Positions 51,737 through 64,000 of a stretch of DNA of 64,000 nucleotides are shown here, piece by piece. Each line of letters opens with the position of its first letter. The first letter of the stretch is position 1. A program made the position numbers and the translations under genes. The DNA comes from Balamuthia mandrillaris (lineage: Eukaryota), in NCBI GenBank assembly GCA_031835245.2, contig JAVKOQ020000109.1, forward strand, positions 1 to 64,000, in the 5' to 3' direction. The notes under the pieces are model-generated. The model did no database searches. It was not told where the DNA came from and was given only the letters and a program-made list of their open reading frames with translations.

Positions 51737-54108
51737 AAAACCCCGCTTCAAAAGCACTTCCTCTATTTATTTCCTGAAGAGTGATGAGATACCGAAAAGA
51801 ACAAAAAAACTTTTAAGAACATACTTTTACAGCCCAAGAGGCAATGCGTTTGAGATCTTCCTCCTCAGAGTCCGCATGATCCTTGAGATAGGACATTAAT
51901 GTGGCGTCCGATCGAAACATTTGGCGAGCTGTCTCCCCTATCAGCTGCACTAAGTCCCTTTTACGAGTAGGGAAAAGTCATCAGAAAAAGGTTTTAAGAT
52001 TTTGTTTATCTCCTTCAACAACCCCACAGAACATACAGGAGAGATAAATATTAAAAAAATGAGGGATAGAGAAACAGACAGGAGGAAAGGTACCCAAGCA
52101 CACCAATGGCTGCTTGTGTGACGGTTTCAGTCTGTGTGGCGTCTTCGGACAACTGACATATGAACCGCACCAACCCATTCAAGTAGGGTGTTAACTGTTG
52201 CTTCGCTAGCATCCAAAAAAAAGTTAGCAAACAGCAGAAAAAACTAAAACGATGAAGAAAAATAGATCATAATACCCGAATCTCTTCCGTTGTTCCTGTA
52301 TCCTTGAATGATGCCGGTATAACACTCGAAAATGCTTTGCCGTAAGTTATTCAAATAGCTTAAGTCTTCAGAATCAGAGAGAGAGGAGAGGTCATCATTA
52401 GCCGCCAGGGAAGCCGCCAGGGAAGTTGCCTCGTTGCAAGTATCCTTCAGTGTTGTGAGAATCGTGGGAAGATATTTCGAAAAATTGTCGCAGGAAGTTA
52501 GCGCGAGATCGCTGATGGCTCCCAGTGCACCTGGATGCAAACGGCGAGAAGCTGGGCTCTATATCACGAGTAACATAAACTCAGAGAGAGAGGGAGAGGG
52601 AGAGGAGAGGGAGAGGGAGAGAGCACGAGAAAAGAAGCAAGAAGAGAGAGAGAGACGACAAAAAAGAGTAAATGCACCTTTAAAATGACCAACATGGGAA
52701 CAAGAAGGCGGTCCAAAAAGGGAGAGATGTTTCGGTTGAGGGCTCTTGCCAGATCACCAACCACTGCCAGCGCTGTGGTCACTGTTGACTGTGGGACTGT
52801 GGGGTCATTGCCGCGCAGCGCCTCTTCCACCAAGGGCACAATGTCTGGCATGAAGTTCTCCATTTCACCTTCAATCCCTTTTTTTCAAAGTTGTTAAAAT
52901 AAAAATCGAGCAAAGACCGAGGACGAAGAACGAAGCACGAAGAAAGAAGAGCGAGAAAAGGACGCACTTGCAGCAAGTCCACCAAAGCACAACAGTAACT
53001 CTTCAGAAAAAAAAGAGCGTTGCTCTGTTTTCTCAAACTTGGCAGCAATCAGCAGAACGTCAACCAACTTTCTTGTTCTCTCTGATGGTAGTGTGGCCTG
53101 GGCTTCCATGCAGGTCTATGTTATGAAACTTAGTCACGCAGCAACAAACCAAAGAACAAAAAGAAATAAAGAAAGAACACAAGAAAACAAATGCAACAAA
53201 TTAAACAAACAGCATACCCAAATGCAACTACACAAGGCTGCACTTGATATAAGATCGTCATCCCCTTCTTCCTCTGTTCTTTCCGGGTGGTCGTCTGCTG
53301 TTATCTTGACCAAAGACTCGAGAAGACGAAGCAGTTGATCAAAAGTGTGGTCTATCAAGCTCAAGTCAGCAGAAGCACCCCTAAGCCAAAAGTTGATCGC
53401 TTCAGTAATGACAGCAGTGTTGTCCTTGTTTTTGCCACGTTTGGTCAAACGCGAGTTTAATGTTTGTAAAAGAATCTCAAGAGTTGGCTTCAGGAAAGGT
53501 TTGGCCTTTTCTGGTGATAGAAGCTGAGTGTTCTCTGCCATCATTGCTAGGCTCTGTTGGTTTGTTCAGAGCACTAATTAAAAAATTATAACGAATTAAA
53601 CAAAACTGACAAACGAATGTAAAACAAACCCAACATGCTTTGCTGCACAATTCTCTGTTGTCTGTGTCTGTCGATCCTTTGCTGCCCCATTCTTTCAGTT
53701 CCTCAACGACGCCGAGCAAGGCAGCATGAATGGAAGACAGTAGCTTTCCATCTTCTTCCAAATGACCTGCTACACAAACCTGACCCAACGACCAACACGC
53801 GCTGTCTCGAACCATGATATCTTCATTCATATCCTTCACTCTTTCCAAAACGTCTGGTAACAGCTGTTACAAGTTTTTTGTTAAAATAAACATAAAAGAG
53901 GAGCAGGGATGAACGAGAGAGGAGAGCAGGAGAGAAAAGAGAGAGAAGAGAGAAGAGAGAGAAGAGAGAAGAAGAAGAAGAAAGAAAGAAGAGAAGAAAG
54001 AAGAGAGAAGAGAAGAGAAGAGAAGAAGAAGAAGAAGAAGAAAGAGAGAAGAGAAGAGAGAGAACGATGAAGAGAAGAGCGAAGAGAGAAGAGAAGAGAG
54101 GAGAGCAG

Positions 54109-54152
<44 letters not shown>

Positions 54153-54900
54153 AGGGAGAATTTTACCAAGCGGAAATGTCGCTGCAAGGTTTGAGCAGTT
54201 GGCCCACTGGTAGTTGCTCCTGTTTGGCAATCAGCACCAGGTTGAAAATTGACATTAGAAAATTATGCCACAAAAGAGTACCAAAGGCCATGAGTGCAGC
54301 TTCTCGTTGTCGCCAATCCTCCGAGTTGATGTGGTCTTTCACAAAAGAATACACAAAAGGGATGATCTGGTCTTCCACTAACTCTGCTACAACTGAGAGA
54401 CAAGCTCCCGCTCCTGTTGCTACATTCCATTCGCTATTTCTTTCCTGTCACCATTGGTTTGTTCAGCAACAGGGAGAAAAGGAAACAAAGGATCAGATAA
54501 GAAGAAATACAATAAAGACGAACTTGGTGCAGCAGAGTCCGAAACAAGCAAGGTATAAGCTTCTCAAGGCTATTTGCCACCAACCCAATGGTACCAGCAC
54601 CATCCTAAACCAAGGAAAATTAGACGGTTTGCTACTGCCAGTGAAGCAGAAGAAGAAGAAGAAGAAGAAGAAGAAGAAGAAGAAGAAGAAGAAGAAGAAG
54701 AAGAAGAAGAAGAAGAAGAAGAAGAAGAAGAAGAAAGAAGAAGAAGAAGAAGAAGAAGAAGAAGAAGAAGAAGAAGAAGAAGAAGAAGAAGAAGAAGAAG
54801 AAGAAGAAGAACAAGAAGAAGAAGAAGAAGAAAGAAGAACAAGCACAAGCAGAAGAAGAACAAGAACAAGAAGAAGGAAAAGAACAAGAAGAAGTAGCAG

Positions 54901-54938
<38 letters not shown>

Positions 54939-55628
54939 GAAACGAAGAACGAAGAACAGAAGCAGAAGCAGAAGCAGAAAAAGAAGAACGGAGAATGAAC
55001 GAAGAAAGAACTGAGAAGAAAGAAGAAGAAGAACAAGAAGAAGAACAAGAGGAGAAACTTAACTAGAATAAGATCTCTTTCCCGTTCTGCAAGTACAGAC
55101 CACACCTCCACAGCCAACTCTCCACATTTGCCTGGTTCCATCCACTCCAATGTTGACTGCCATTTTGAAATGAATAAGCAAAAAGAAGAATGAGCAAAAC
55201 GCCACAAATCACAAACTTTAAAACAAGAGAGAAGAAGAAGAAGAGAGAAGCGACGACGAGAAACAAGGACACAAAAAAAACGTAGAGAACAAAAAAAAAT
55301 AAACATTACACCTCCAAGCAACTCCGAAACGCGGGTGGCGGCGGCGGCGTAACAGTGTCAACCACTGCGGTGAGGACGTTCAAGGCTTCCTCCACCTCAC
55401 TCTCGGAGGAGGATCGCTGTCGCAGCGTCTCATAAACGCGCCTGCACCGTTCTTCGGTGCTCCCCTCGCTCTAATTAAAAAGAAAAGGAGGTTGAAGAAA
55501 GATTAGACTCTCTAGAGAGAAAGAAAACAAAATGGTTGTCTATGAAAAGAAGAAGAAGAAAACAAGCGCACCCGCTCGGTTGGCTCTTCGCAGGACGTGC
55601 GCTGCTTCTTGCGTTGCCCTTCCTCCAT
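51737..55628 (-). CDS. Importin-beta (KPNB1)-like HEAT-repeat protein, N-truncated, copy 1
   Basis: EWNVATGAGACLSVVAELVEDQIIPFV...INSEDWRQREAALMAFG, VRDSACWSLG, ALAVVGDLARAL, GAISDLAL and IFECYTGIIQG. Confidence 0.75.
54648..54940 (+). repeat. Long (GAA)n then (CAA)n intronic microsatellite
   Basis: About 180 bp of nearly pure GAA followed by a CAA run. Confidence 0.95.
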
Positions 55629-55862
55629 CTGCTTTATTGTTCCTGTTCACACTTTATTGTGCGACGAATTAATTCCAGGAATAAATTTGCGATTATTTTT
55701 GTCGACATTTTTTTTTTTTGGTTCGTTTCTACATTTCTTTTTCTTTCTCTTTCATTGTCTCATTCTTTCTCCTCTTCCCTCGGTTTCTTTCACTTTTTTT
55801 TGACGATACTCCTTGTGGTTATTTTTTTCGAAAGCCATGCAGCCCTGAATGCATGAACACTC

Positions 55863-56760
55863 TCACAATCCTCCTGCAACATCAGCGCTGCCCTCCAGGT
55901 TGTCTACGAGCTGAATGAAGCAACCAGTGTTTTTGGAGGGTCAGTTTGCAAACACAACAAACGCGAGGTAAGTCAAAAGGAACGTACACGCAACGTCCGA
56001 GAGGCAGCGTAATTCAGATCGGCATCTGTAGACTCTGCATGCTCGTGCAGGTAGGACATTAATGTTGCGTCCGAGTGGAACATGCGACGAGCTGGCTCCC
56101 CTATCAGTTGCACCAAATCCCTTTATGAAAGAAGAAAACTTTTGTAACTAACATAACCGAGGGAAGAGGAGAAAGAACGACAATGAAAGGGAAAGAGAAT
56201 AATGAGAAAGAGAAGGAGAAAGGGTACCCAAGCACTTTTATGGCTGCTTTTGTGACGGTTTCAGTCTGTGTGGCGTCTTCAGATAACTGACATATGTACT
56301 GCACCAACCCATTCAGATAGGGTGTTAACAGCTGTTCTGCTATAGGTAAAAAATAATATCAATAAAAGCAAAGTTAGTAGGCAGAAAGAGATGGATACAA
56401 CAAAGAATAAAATGAACAAATCAAAGCACCTGAGTCTGCATCATTTTTTTGCAATCCTCGAATGATGCCAGTGTAACACGAGAAAATGCTTTGTTGCAAG
56501 AAGTCCAAACACGTCAACTTCTCAGCAGCAGAGACAGAATACGGATCATCCTCATCGTAATCATCATCATTGTTTTTGGCCACCAGGGTGGCTGCCAGAG
56601 AAGTTGCCACATTGCAAGTGTCTCTTAGCGTTGTGAGAATCGTGGGAAGATATTTCGAAAAATTGTCGCAGGAAGCTCTGGAGAGAGCGCCGATGGCGCT
56701 GAGTGCACCTGCATGCAAGAGGGGAGCATCTGACTGCTGCATCACCCGGAAGATATTAAC

Positions 56761-56794
<34 letters not shown>

Positions 56795-59358
56795 GCGAGT
56801 GAGGATAAGATACAAAGGAATGTACCTTTAAAATGACCAACATGGGAACAAGAAGGCGATCCAAAAAGGGAGAGATGTTTCGGTTGAGGGCTCTTGCCAG
56901 ATCACCAACCACTGCCAGCGCTGTGGTCACTGTTGACTGTGGGACTGTGGGGTCATTGCCGCGCAGCGCCTCTTCCACCAAGGGCACAATGTCTGGCATG
57001 AAGTTCTCCATTTCACCTTCAATCCCTTTTTTCAAAGTTGTTGAAATAAGAATCGAGCAAAGACCGAGGACAAAGAACGAAGCACGAAGCACGAAGAAAG
57101 AGAGCGAGAAAAGGACACACTTGCAGCAAGTCCGCCAAAGCACAACATTAACTCTTCGGAACAACAACGGCGTTGCTCTGTTTTCTCACACTTGGCAGCA
57201 TCCAACAGAACATCAACCAACTTTCTTGTTCTCTCTGGTGGCAGTGTGACCTCAGCTTCCATGCACCCCTACAATTTAAAACAGGTAAGACAGGAATTGT
57301 TACATGCAATTACTTAGCGCAAACAGAAAACAAACAACGGCACTGTACCAAAATACAGCTGCACAACGCAGCACAAGGAGACATACAATCACCCTCCGTT
57401 TCTGCTTCTCTTTCCTCATAGCCATCAGTTTTTGTGTTCGCTAACAACTCCAGAAAACTAAGCAGTTGCGCAAATACGTCCTCAACCATGCCCACATCAC
57501 CAGCAGCACACCTGAGCCAATTACTAAAAGCAGTAACTATTTCTGTTATGCTAAAGTCCTTATCGTGTTTGGTCAATGAGGAGCGCAGCAGTGGTAAGAG
57601 AGCTTCAAAAGTTGGTCGCAGGAAAGGTTTGAGCTTTTCTGGCGACAGCAGCTGAGCTGTTTCTGGCACCATTGAGAGGGCCTATATTGTTGGTAGGGAT
57701 TGATTGTTTGTATTAAGTTGTTCATGGCACAAAAAAGTTACACGGATGCACTTACCCAGCACGCGTTGACATACAGTATTTCTTTGTCTTGGCTGTCCTG
57801 TCTTTCCTGAAGGACACTGAGCAAGGCAGCATGGATGGCAGTCAATGCCCCTTCTTCCAAATGACCCGTCTCACAAATGAGACCCAACGTTGAACACGCG
57901 CTATCTCGTACCATAAAATCTTCGTTCTCATCCTTCGCTTTGTCTATTATGTCTGGTAATAGCTGTCGGCCAGGAAAAACTGATTAGGCTCCCTGAGTTA
58001 AAGAGCAGACGAGAGAAGGAGAGATTGCACCAAAGAGAAATGTCGCTGCAAGGTTTGAGCAGTTGGCCCACTGGTAGTTGCTCCTGTTTGGCAATCAGCA
58101 TCAGGTCGAAAACACAGAATAGAAAAAACAAATAGAAAGTAGGCAAGGTACCAACGGCCATGAGTGCAGCTTCTCGTTGTCGCCAATCCTCCGAGTTGAT
58201 GTGGTCTTTCACAAAAGAATACACAAACGGGATGATCTGGTCTTCCACTAACTCTGCTACAACTGAGAGACAAGCTCCCGCTCCTGTTGCTATATTCCAC
58301 TCACCATCTTTCTCTTGTAGCAAATATGGCTCGTGCATCTGGTTTTGGGCAATGGAAAGTCCACACCAACTCGGTTAACAAGATGTAAAAGAACAAACAA
58401 GAACAGGGAGGAGTAAAGAAGAAAAAACAAGCAGCTGGTTAGTAGAAGACCTGATGCGTAAGGGCACGAAACAAGCAATCGAGCAGCTTCTCAAGGTTAT
58501 TCGCCACCAACCCAACACTCTCGCCGTCCTAAAATCCAACACGCAAGATATATTGACGGTGAGGAGAAGAGAAGAAAGAGAGAGTGAGGAGATGAGTGAA
58601 TGAGAAAGAGAGTGGCGGAGACAAGAAAAAGTGGAAAATGAAAAGAGAAAACAAACCAAAAGTTCTTGTTCGTGTTCAGCGAGACTAAGCCACACCTTCA
58701 GAGCTAGTTCTCCGCATTTTCCTGGCTCTATCCTTTCAAAAGTTAACTGCGTGACATGAGATAATATAGAGAGGACAAGATTGAAACGAGGAAGAAAGGA
58801 AGAAACTTTAGAAAATAAAAACCAGAAGAAGAAGAAGAAGAAGAAGAAGAAGAAGAAGAAGAAGAAGAAGAAGAAGAAGAAGAAGAAGAAGAAGAACAAG
58901 AAGAACAAGAAGAAGAAGAAGAAGAAGAAGAAGAAGAATAACAATAACAATAACAATAACAAGAAGAAGCACAAGAAGAAGAACGGAGAATGAACGAAGA
59001 AAGAACTGAGAAGAAAGAATGAAGACACGCTACAAAAAAAAAAGCAGAAAGAAAAATAAAGAAGAAAAGAAAACCTCCAAACAACTCTGAAGATCTGGTG
59101 GCGGCGGTGGTGTAAACGATGTTACTATCTCAACAAGAGTACCCAAGGCTTCCTCCACTTCGCTATCCGGAGCTGATCGGCCTTTTTGCAGTGTCTCGCG
59201 AACAAGTTTACATTGTTCTTCTGGGCTCTAGTTCGTTCCCGCAGAGAAATAAACCAATGGCTAATTGAAATGAAAAGAAAACAAAACAAGAGTACCAGCT
59301 CGGTTGGCTCTTCGCAGGACGTGCGCTGCTTCTTGCGTTGCCCTTCCTCTTCCTCCAT
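55863..59358 (-). CDS. Importin-beta-like HEAT-repeat protein, N-truncated, copy 2
   Basis: Same motifs and exon series as copy 1; some exons nearly identical. Confidence 0.75.
58824..58960 (+). repeat. (GAA)n intronic microsatellite (equivalent intron to 54648)
   Basis: Long GAA run. Confidence 0.95.
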
Positions 59359-59814
59359 TTCCACCGAGTGGATAGGTAGAAGCGATCAAATCGATCAATT
59401 GGGTGATTATTAATTCTTCTCGAACCCCAATCAACAATCAAAAATTTTGTGATCTCGGTCGGAATCAGCGAACCAAGTCATTTTCTTTGATCTTTTTTTC
59501 TCACAGATCAAAGAAACCACAGGCGAAAAGTCAAGCTCAAAGTGGAAGAAAAAAAAAAGAGGAGCGGTTCCTCCCCACCCCAATCACCACGGAGGGGGTG
59601 TTGGAGGGAGAGCAACCGCTGAAATCTCCCCACCAAACAGCAAGAAAACTGGTGACCATGCGACCTTTTCCCTGACAAACACATCACCGCTTTGAACACT
59701 ATTTATACCTCTTCCTCCTCTTTCCTTCCCCATTCAAACTCATCAACAAACAACAAACAAACAACAGTTGACCAACCAACCAACAAGCAAGAAACCAACA
59801 TCACAGCTTGCAAA

Positions 59815-60786
59815 ATGAGAGTTTTGTTGTGCATGGCCTTGGGCCTCCTTTTCCTCTCCGCTGCCTTTGCTGCCCCCACCAGGAGGAGGGGCGTGAACTA
59901 CGGCTCCGGAGACGTCTCCTACGACGGCGATGAGGTGACCTACGATGGCGGAGATGTGAGCTACGATGGAGGAGAGGTGACCTATGACGGCGGAGACGTC
60001 TCCTACGATGGCGGAGATGTCACCTATGATGGCGGAGATGTGTCTTATGATGGTGGCGATGTCACCTATGATGGAGGAGATGTGTCCTACGACGGAGGAG
60101 ATGTGAGCTACGATGGCGGAGACGTGTCCTACGGAGGAGATGTCATTGCCCCGGAGATCACATGGGAGAGTTACGAAGAGACCATCAGCATGCCGGAGCT
60201 GTCCTTCGAGGAGATCGTGTTGGAGGACATCAAGATGAAGAAAATCTGCCCTGGTGACTTGAAGGTCCCCGATGTGAGCTTCCCTGAGATCCAAATGGGC
60301 AGCTTGCAGCTCCCCTCCGTCCCTGGCCCCAAGATCTACATCCCTGGTAACACTTTTTCTCTCACTTTCTTCTCTCTTCTTCTTCTTCTTCTTCTTCTTC
60401 TTCTTCTTCTTCTTCATTCTGTTGCTGAATAACATTCTGTTCTGTCTTGCTCGCCAACAACCACAGAGATCAAGTTCCCCAAGATCAAGCTCCCCGCCAT
60501 CAAGTTCCCTGACATCTGCCTGGAGCCCATCCAGATCCCCAGCATCCCCGCCAAGGTCATCACCTTGGAGGACTTGCAGTTGGGGAACGTGGAGGTGCCC
60601 AACATCCAGATTCCGACGGTGGGTGGCCCTGTGATCAAGCTGCCCACCATCAAGATGGCGGACATCAAGCTGCCTCACGTGAAGATCCCCAAGGTGAAGG
60701 TCCCGGACGTGAAGTACGAGTACGAGATCCCCAACATTCGCTTCCCCGAGCCTGAGTATGAGGATGTCAACACCGGATACTACTAA
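59815..60786 (+). CDS. Secreted bipartite repeat protein (GDV[ST]YDG heptads + P-x-I-x-hydrophobic pentads); intron 60347-60466
   Basis: Signal peptide MRVLLCMALGLLFLSAAFA, 11 V[ST]Y heptads, then IKFPKIKLPAIKFP...VKIPKVKVPD. Strong GC3 codon bias. Confidence 0.88.
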
Positions 60787-61058
60787 ACCTATCGGTTCTA
60801 AATGAACCTCTAAACCAACTTTTTTTTTTATTCACTCAACAAAGATTTTGTTAGCTTCCACAATGCCTCTACCACATTTATGAGGCTAAGTTGCCTAGGA
60901 AGAGGTCGTCAGGGCGTCATGTTTCCCTAGGCTCGGGTTATCCTTGCCTTGCCGTAGACATTTCGAAGCCTTGCGTTATTGGCTGGTTAACACAGTACTT
61001 GTTTCGCTTCTTGTGTGCTGTCGACACCAGTGGTGTAGAAAAAAAAGAAAGAAAGAGA

Positions 61059-62399
61059 ATGGAGAGTTTGCCAAATGAAGTCTTGTGTGCTGTGCTGGAG
61101 CTGCTACCACCTGAACACGTTGCGGTTGCTGCTCGGACTTGTCGCCGGTGGTGGGGGTGTTCTCCTTTGTCCCTTCGCTCCCGGCTCAGCAGAAGAGCAC
61201 TTCAGGCCCGTTGTAAAGTGCTAGCGCAGTGGTCAAGAGAGGAAGGCTGCGCTTGGGATGAACTGACCTGCATGCTGATGGCCTCGGAGGGCCGGTTGGA
61301 CTTGTTGCAGTGGGCACGGCAGGGAGAACAGAAATGCCCTTGGGACAGTCGAACCTGCGAGGCGGCCGCTGAGGCTGGTCATTTCGAGCTTCTACGCTGG
61401 GCCATCAAAGAAGGGTGCTGCTTCAGCCAAGCCACTGCCTACGCGGCGGTACGGGGAGGTCATGTAGACATCCTTCGGTGGGCTAAGGAGCAAGGTTTCT
61501 ACCACAACCTCTTTGAAGTCAGCGAGCTGGCCGCTCTTCATGGTCATTTGCACATTCTCCAGTAGGCCAAAGAGATAACAAGCAATTTTGGAAGAAGTAT
61601 ATGCGCAGCAGCAGCGGCAGGAGGAAACCTAGAGGTCCTCCAGTGGCTTTGTCGAGAGCAAGGGTGTACCATGAACGAGATGGCTACCAACGCGGCTGCA
61701 AGAGGAGGCCACTTTGCAGTATTGCGATGGGCGGTGGAGGAAGGAGGCTGTACTTTGACGGAAGAGACCTGCTTAAGGTTGGTGCAGAATGGCAGCTTGG
61801 ATATGCTGCGGTGGGCGCGGGTGGAGAAGCATGTGGAGTGGGATGAAAGAAGCATCTGCATGGAGGCGGCCACCTACGGCCAACTACACATCCTCCAATG
61901 GATGTTTGGCGACAGAGAGGCGGCATGTCGTTTGTCCCTTTTAATGCAACAAGGGTTCACCAAACGGCTTTACATGGAAGCCGCGTACTTTGGGCATTTG
62001 CATGTTTTGCGATGGCTTCACCGTCGCCATCAACAGCAAGAAGGAGAAAAGGACGCATGGAAGGACGCGTGCATTTGCAGAGATGCCGCAAAAAGCGGGA
62101 AACTGGAAGTTCTTCAATGGCTCAAGAAGAAAGGCTGCCCTTGGGACGCAGCCGTTTGCTCCGTGGCCGCTGAGTACGGCCACTTGAAGGTGCTGCAATG
62201 GGCGAGAGCCAACGGATGCCCCTGGAGCGAGGATGCTTGTGCTGCTGCTGCGCTGTATGGTCGGTTGCACATGCTGAAGTGGCTGAGGAAGAACGGATGC
62301 CCTTGGGATGATAGAACGGTTGCGGTGGCACGTACAGCAGGCTTTCAAGAAATCGTGGAGTGGGCCTTGGCAAACGGATGCCCCGAGCAGATAACATAA
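61059..62399 (+). pseudogene. F-box + GCPW-type ankyrin gene with a single in-frame TAG
   Basis: MESLPNEVLCAVLELL, then ankyrin repeats. TAG at 61563-61565 sits where LQW is expected, and the frame continues intact to 62399. Confidence 0.8.
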
Positions 62400-62759
62400 G
62401 GCCCCTAAGGAGAGCAGACCGGAGCAAAAAAATGAAATGACGTGTATATTCTCATTTAAAGTAAAAAACAAATGAATCTTTACCAATTAAAGGTTCCGAT
62501 TATTTTGTCGACAGACGAAAGAGAGGACCGAAAGTGTCGCTTTCCGCGTTTTTTCTTTTTTCCTTCAGTTTTGGCGGGCAGGAGAGAGAGGGGAAAACGG
62601 TAGCGGATCATACGCGCGGATTGGGTCGAGTGAGCGAGTAGCGAACCCTTTTTTTTTGTGGCAAGCGGCAACCCTTTTCTTGTTCCTTCTGATTCGTTTC
62701 CTCGTTATTTTTTTTTTCGCTCTCTTGTTGTTTTCCGGATCGAACATACAAACAAAAGG

Positions 62760-64000
62760 ATGGGAGATAACAACCAATCCAAGCACATCACATTCGGGAA
62801 GTACCTCGGTCATAATGGTATGTAGGGATGAGAGAGGATTAGACCTTCACGTAGTGTGAGCTTTTTTATTATTATTTTTCTTCTCCTTTTATTTTCCGCT
62901 AATGGAACGTAAACATGAAGATCCAAAGATTCGTAACAGAGGAGTCCGCGTGGTGAAGAGATGGTTGGCAAAGCAAGATAACATCTCGGAACTGGATTGC
63001 AAGAAGCTCTGGCGAGGCCTCTTCTTTTGTACTTTTTTTTTGTCGCTTTCTTCCTTCTTTCTGCTTCCTTCTCACTACCGTTTGTTTTATTGCTCTTCTC
63101 GCTTTCTTTTTCATCAAAGGCATGTGGCACTCCGACAAGCCCAAAATCCAACAAGAGGTCGCGGAGACACTGGCAAGTTTTGTGCACATCATTCCCCCAA
63201 ACAAGGCCCTTCTTTACGTTAAAGTTTTCTTTTGGACCATGCAGCGTGAGTGGCACTCCATCGATCGTTTACGTTTAGGTAAAGCGTACCTCTTTCTGTT
63301 GTTCGTTGTTTAAAGAAAGCTAATGTTTTTCTTTCTAGACAAGTTCTACTCTCTCGTACGAAAGGTCGTGTTTCACGCGTTCAAATGGCTGCAAGCCCGC
63401 GAATGGGCGGAGTCCCTTGTTAGGGAGTTTGCAGCCATCGCCTCCCAGCTGGCTCTTTGTCCACTGAACATAGGCAAGGTGGAGGATGTGCCCGTGAATG
63501 CTGGCATCACGCTTCATGTTACTGAGGTCTACTTGCCTGAGCTTCGAAAATTATTGAAAGAGTGTCCGCCTGAACAACGAGTACCATCCTTTATTCCTCC
63601 TCTTCTCTCTCTCGTGTTGTATCTTATGATTTTTGCTTTTCATGAATTAGCATCTACCACAAAGAGTATTCACGTTGCTATTGACTCCTTTCATCAACAT
63701 TGTGACGCTAGCACGGGACAAGCCTATTCTTTCACGAACCAAAGAACATGTTTTCGATGTTATCAAATCGGAGGTTTCCAAGGCCGTCGAGAACGATGGT
63801 AAAGGCGACGAGGAGGAAGCAGAAGAGGAAAAGGAACCCGTCGATGACATATTTTTGGATTTGGATTTTAACGGCTTGGCTCAAATTCTGTTCCAATTGG
63901 CTTCTTCTAGGTCCCTTCTTTCTCCTGTTTTCCTTCATCAACCATCATTAACTTTAAAAAAAACACAACAGAGATACACCAGATTCTAACCGAAATCACT
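62760..64000 (+). CDS. RRP1: RRP1/Nop52 ribosome biogenesis protein (runs off the window)
   Basis: DPKIRNRG, KKLWRGLFF, MWHSDKPKIQQ, FFWTMQREWHSIDRLRLDKFYSLVR and GITLHVTEVYLPEL. Confidence 0.93.

Noticed and set aside
54176..55321. Poly-K/E/R/F/S/L ORFs
   Set aside because: Translations of an intronic GAA microsatellite; the same applies near 7500, 33300 and 58830.
59905..60145. 21-bp tandem repeat
   Set aside because: Protein-coding heptad repeat with no unique spacers.

Overview
This is a gene-dense eukaryotic window with small introns full of (CT)n and (GAA)n tracts. Gene content and intron style suggest a free-living amoebozoan (Balamuthia/Acanthamoeba-like); that assignment is an inference. 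The left ~3.6 kb is a DNA transposon with CACTGCA ends. It encodes an apparently intact ~733-aa RAG1/Transib/Chapaev-type (CCHH) DDE transposase and a small convergent second ORF, and carries a tandem duplication that starts exactly at the terminus. Recognisable host genes follow: Sec23, three tandem Frizzled/Smoothened-like GPCRs (mosaic), an Abp1/drebrin-like gene, a TPR protein, UDP-glucose dehydrogenase, two RING-CH ligases, GPC1, SIN1, two cathepsin L genes, a DDT/WHIM/PHD chromatin protein with RFTS and zf-4CXXC_R1 domains, two N-truncated importin-beta paralogs, a secreted repeat protein and RRP1. Unusual architectures include two F-box-Rho GTPase fusions lacking the catalytic Gln, an F-box-like protein starting with a histone H3 tail mimic (MARTKQRARR), three giant-virus-style ankyrin loci (two with an F-box), and a relic WWE + RPA70N cassette. 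All calls come from reading motifs by eye; no database search was run, and internal exon boundaries are approximate.
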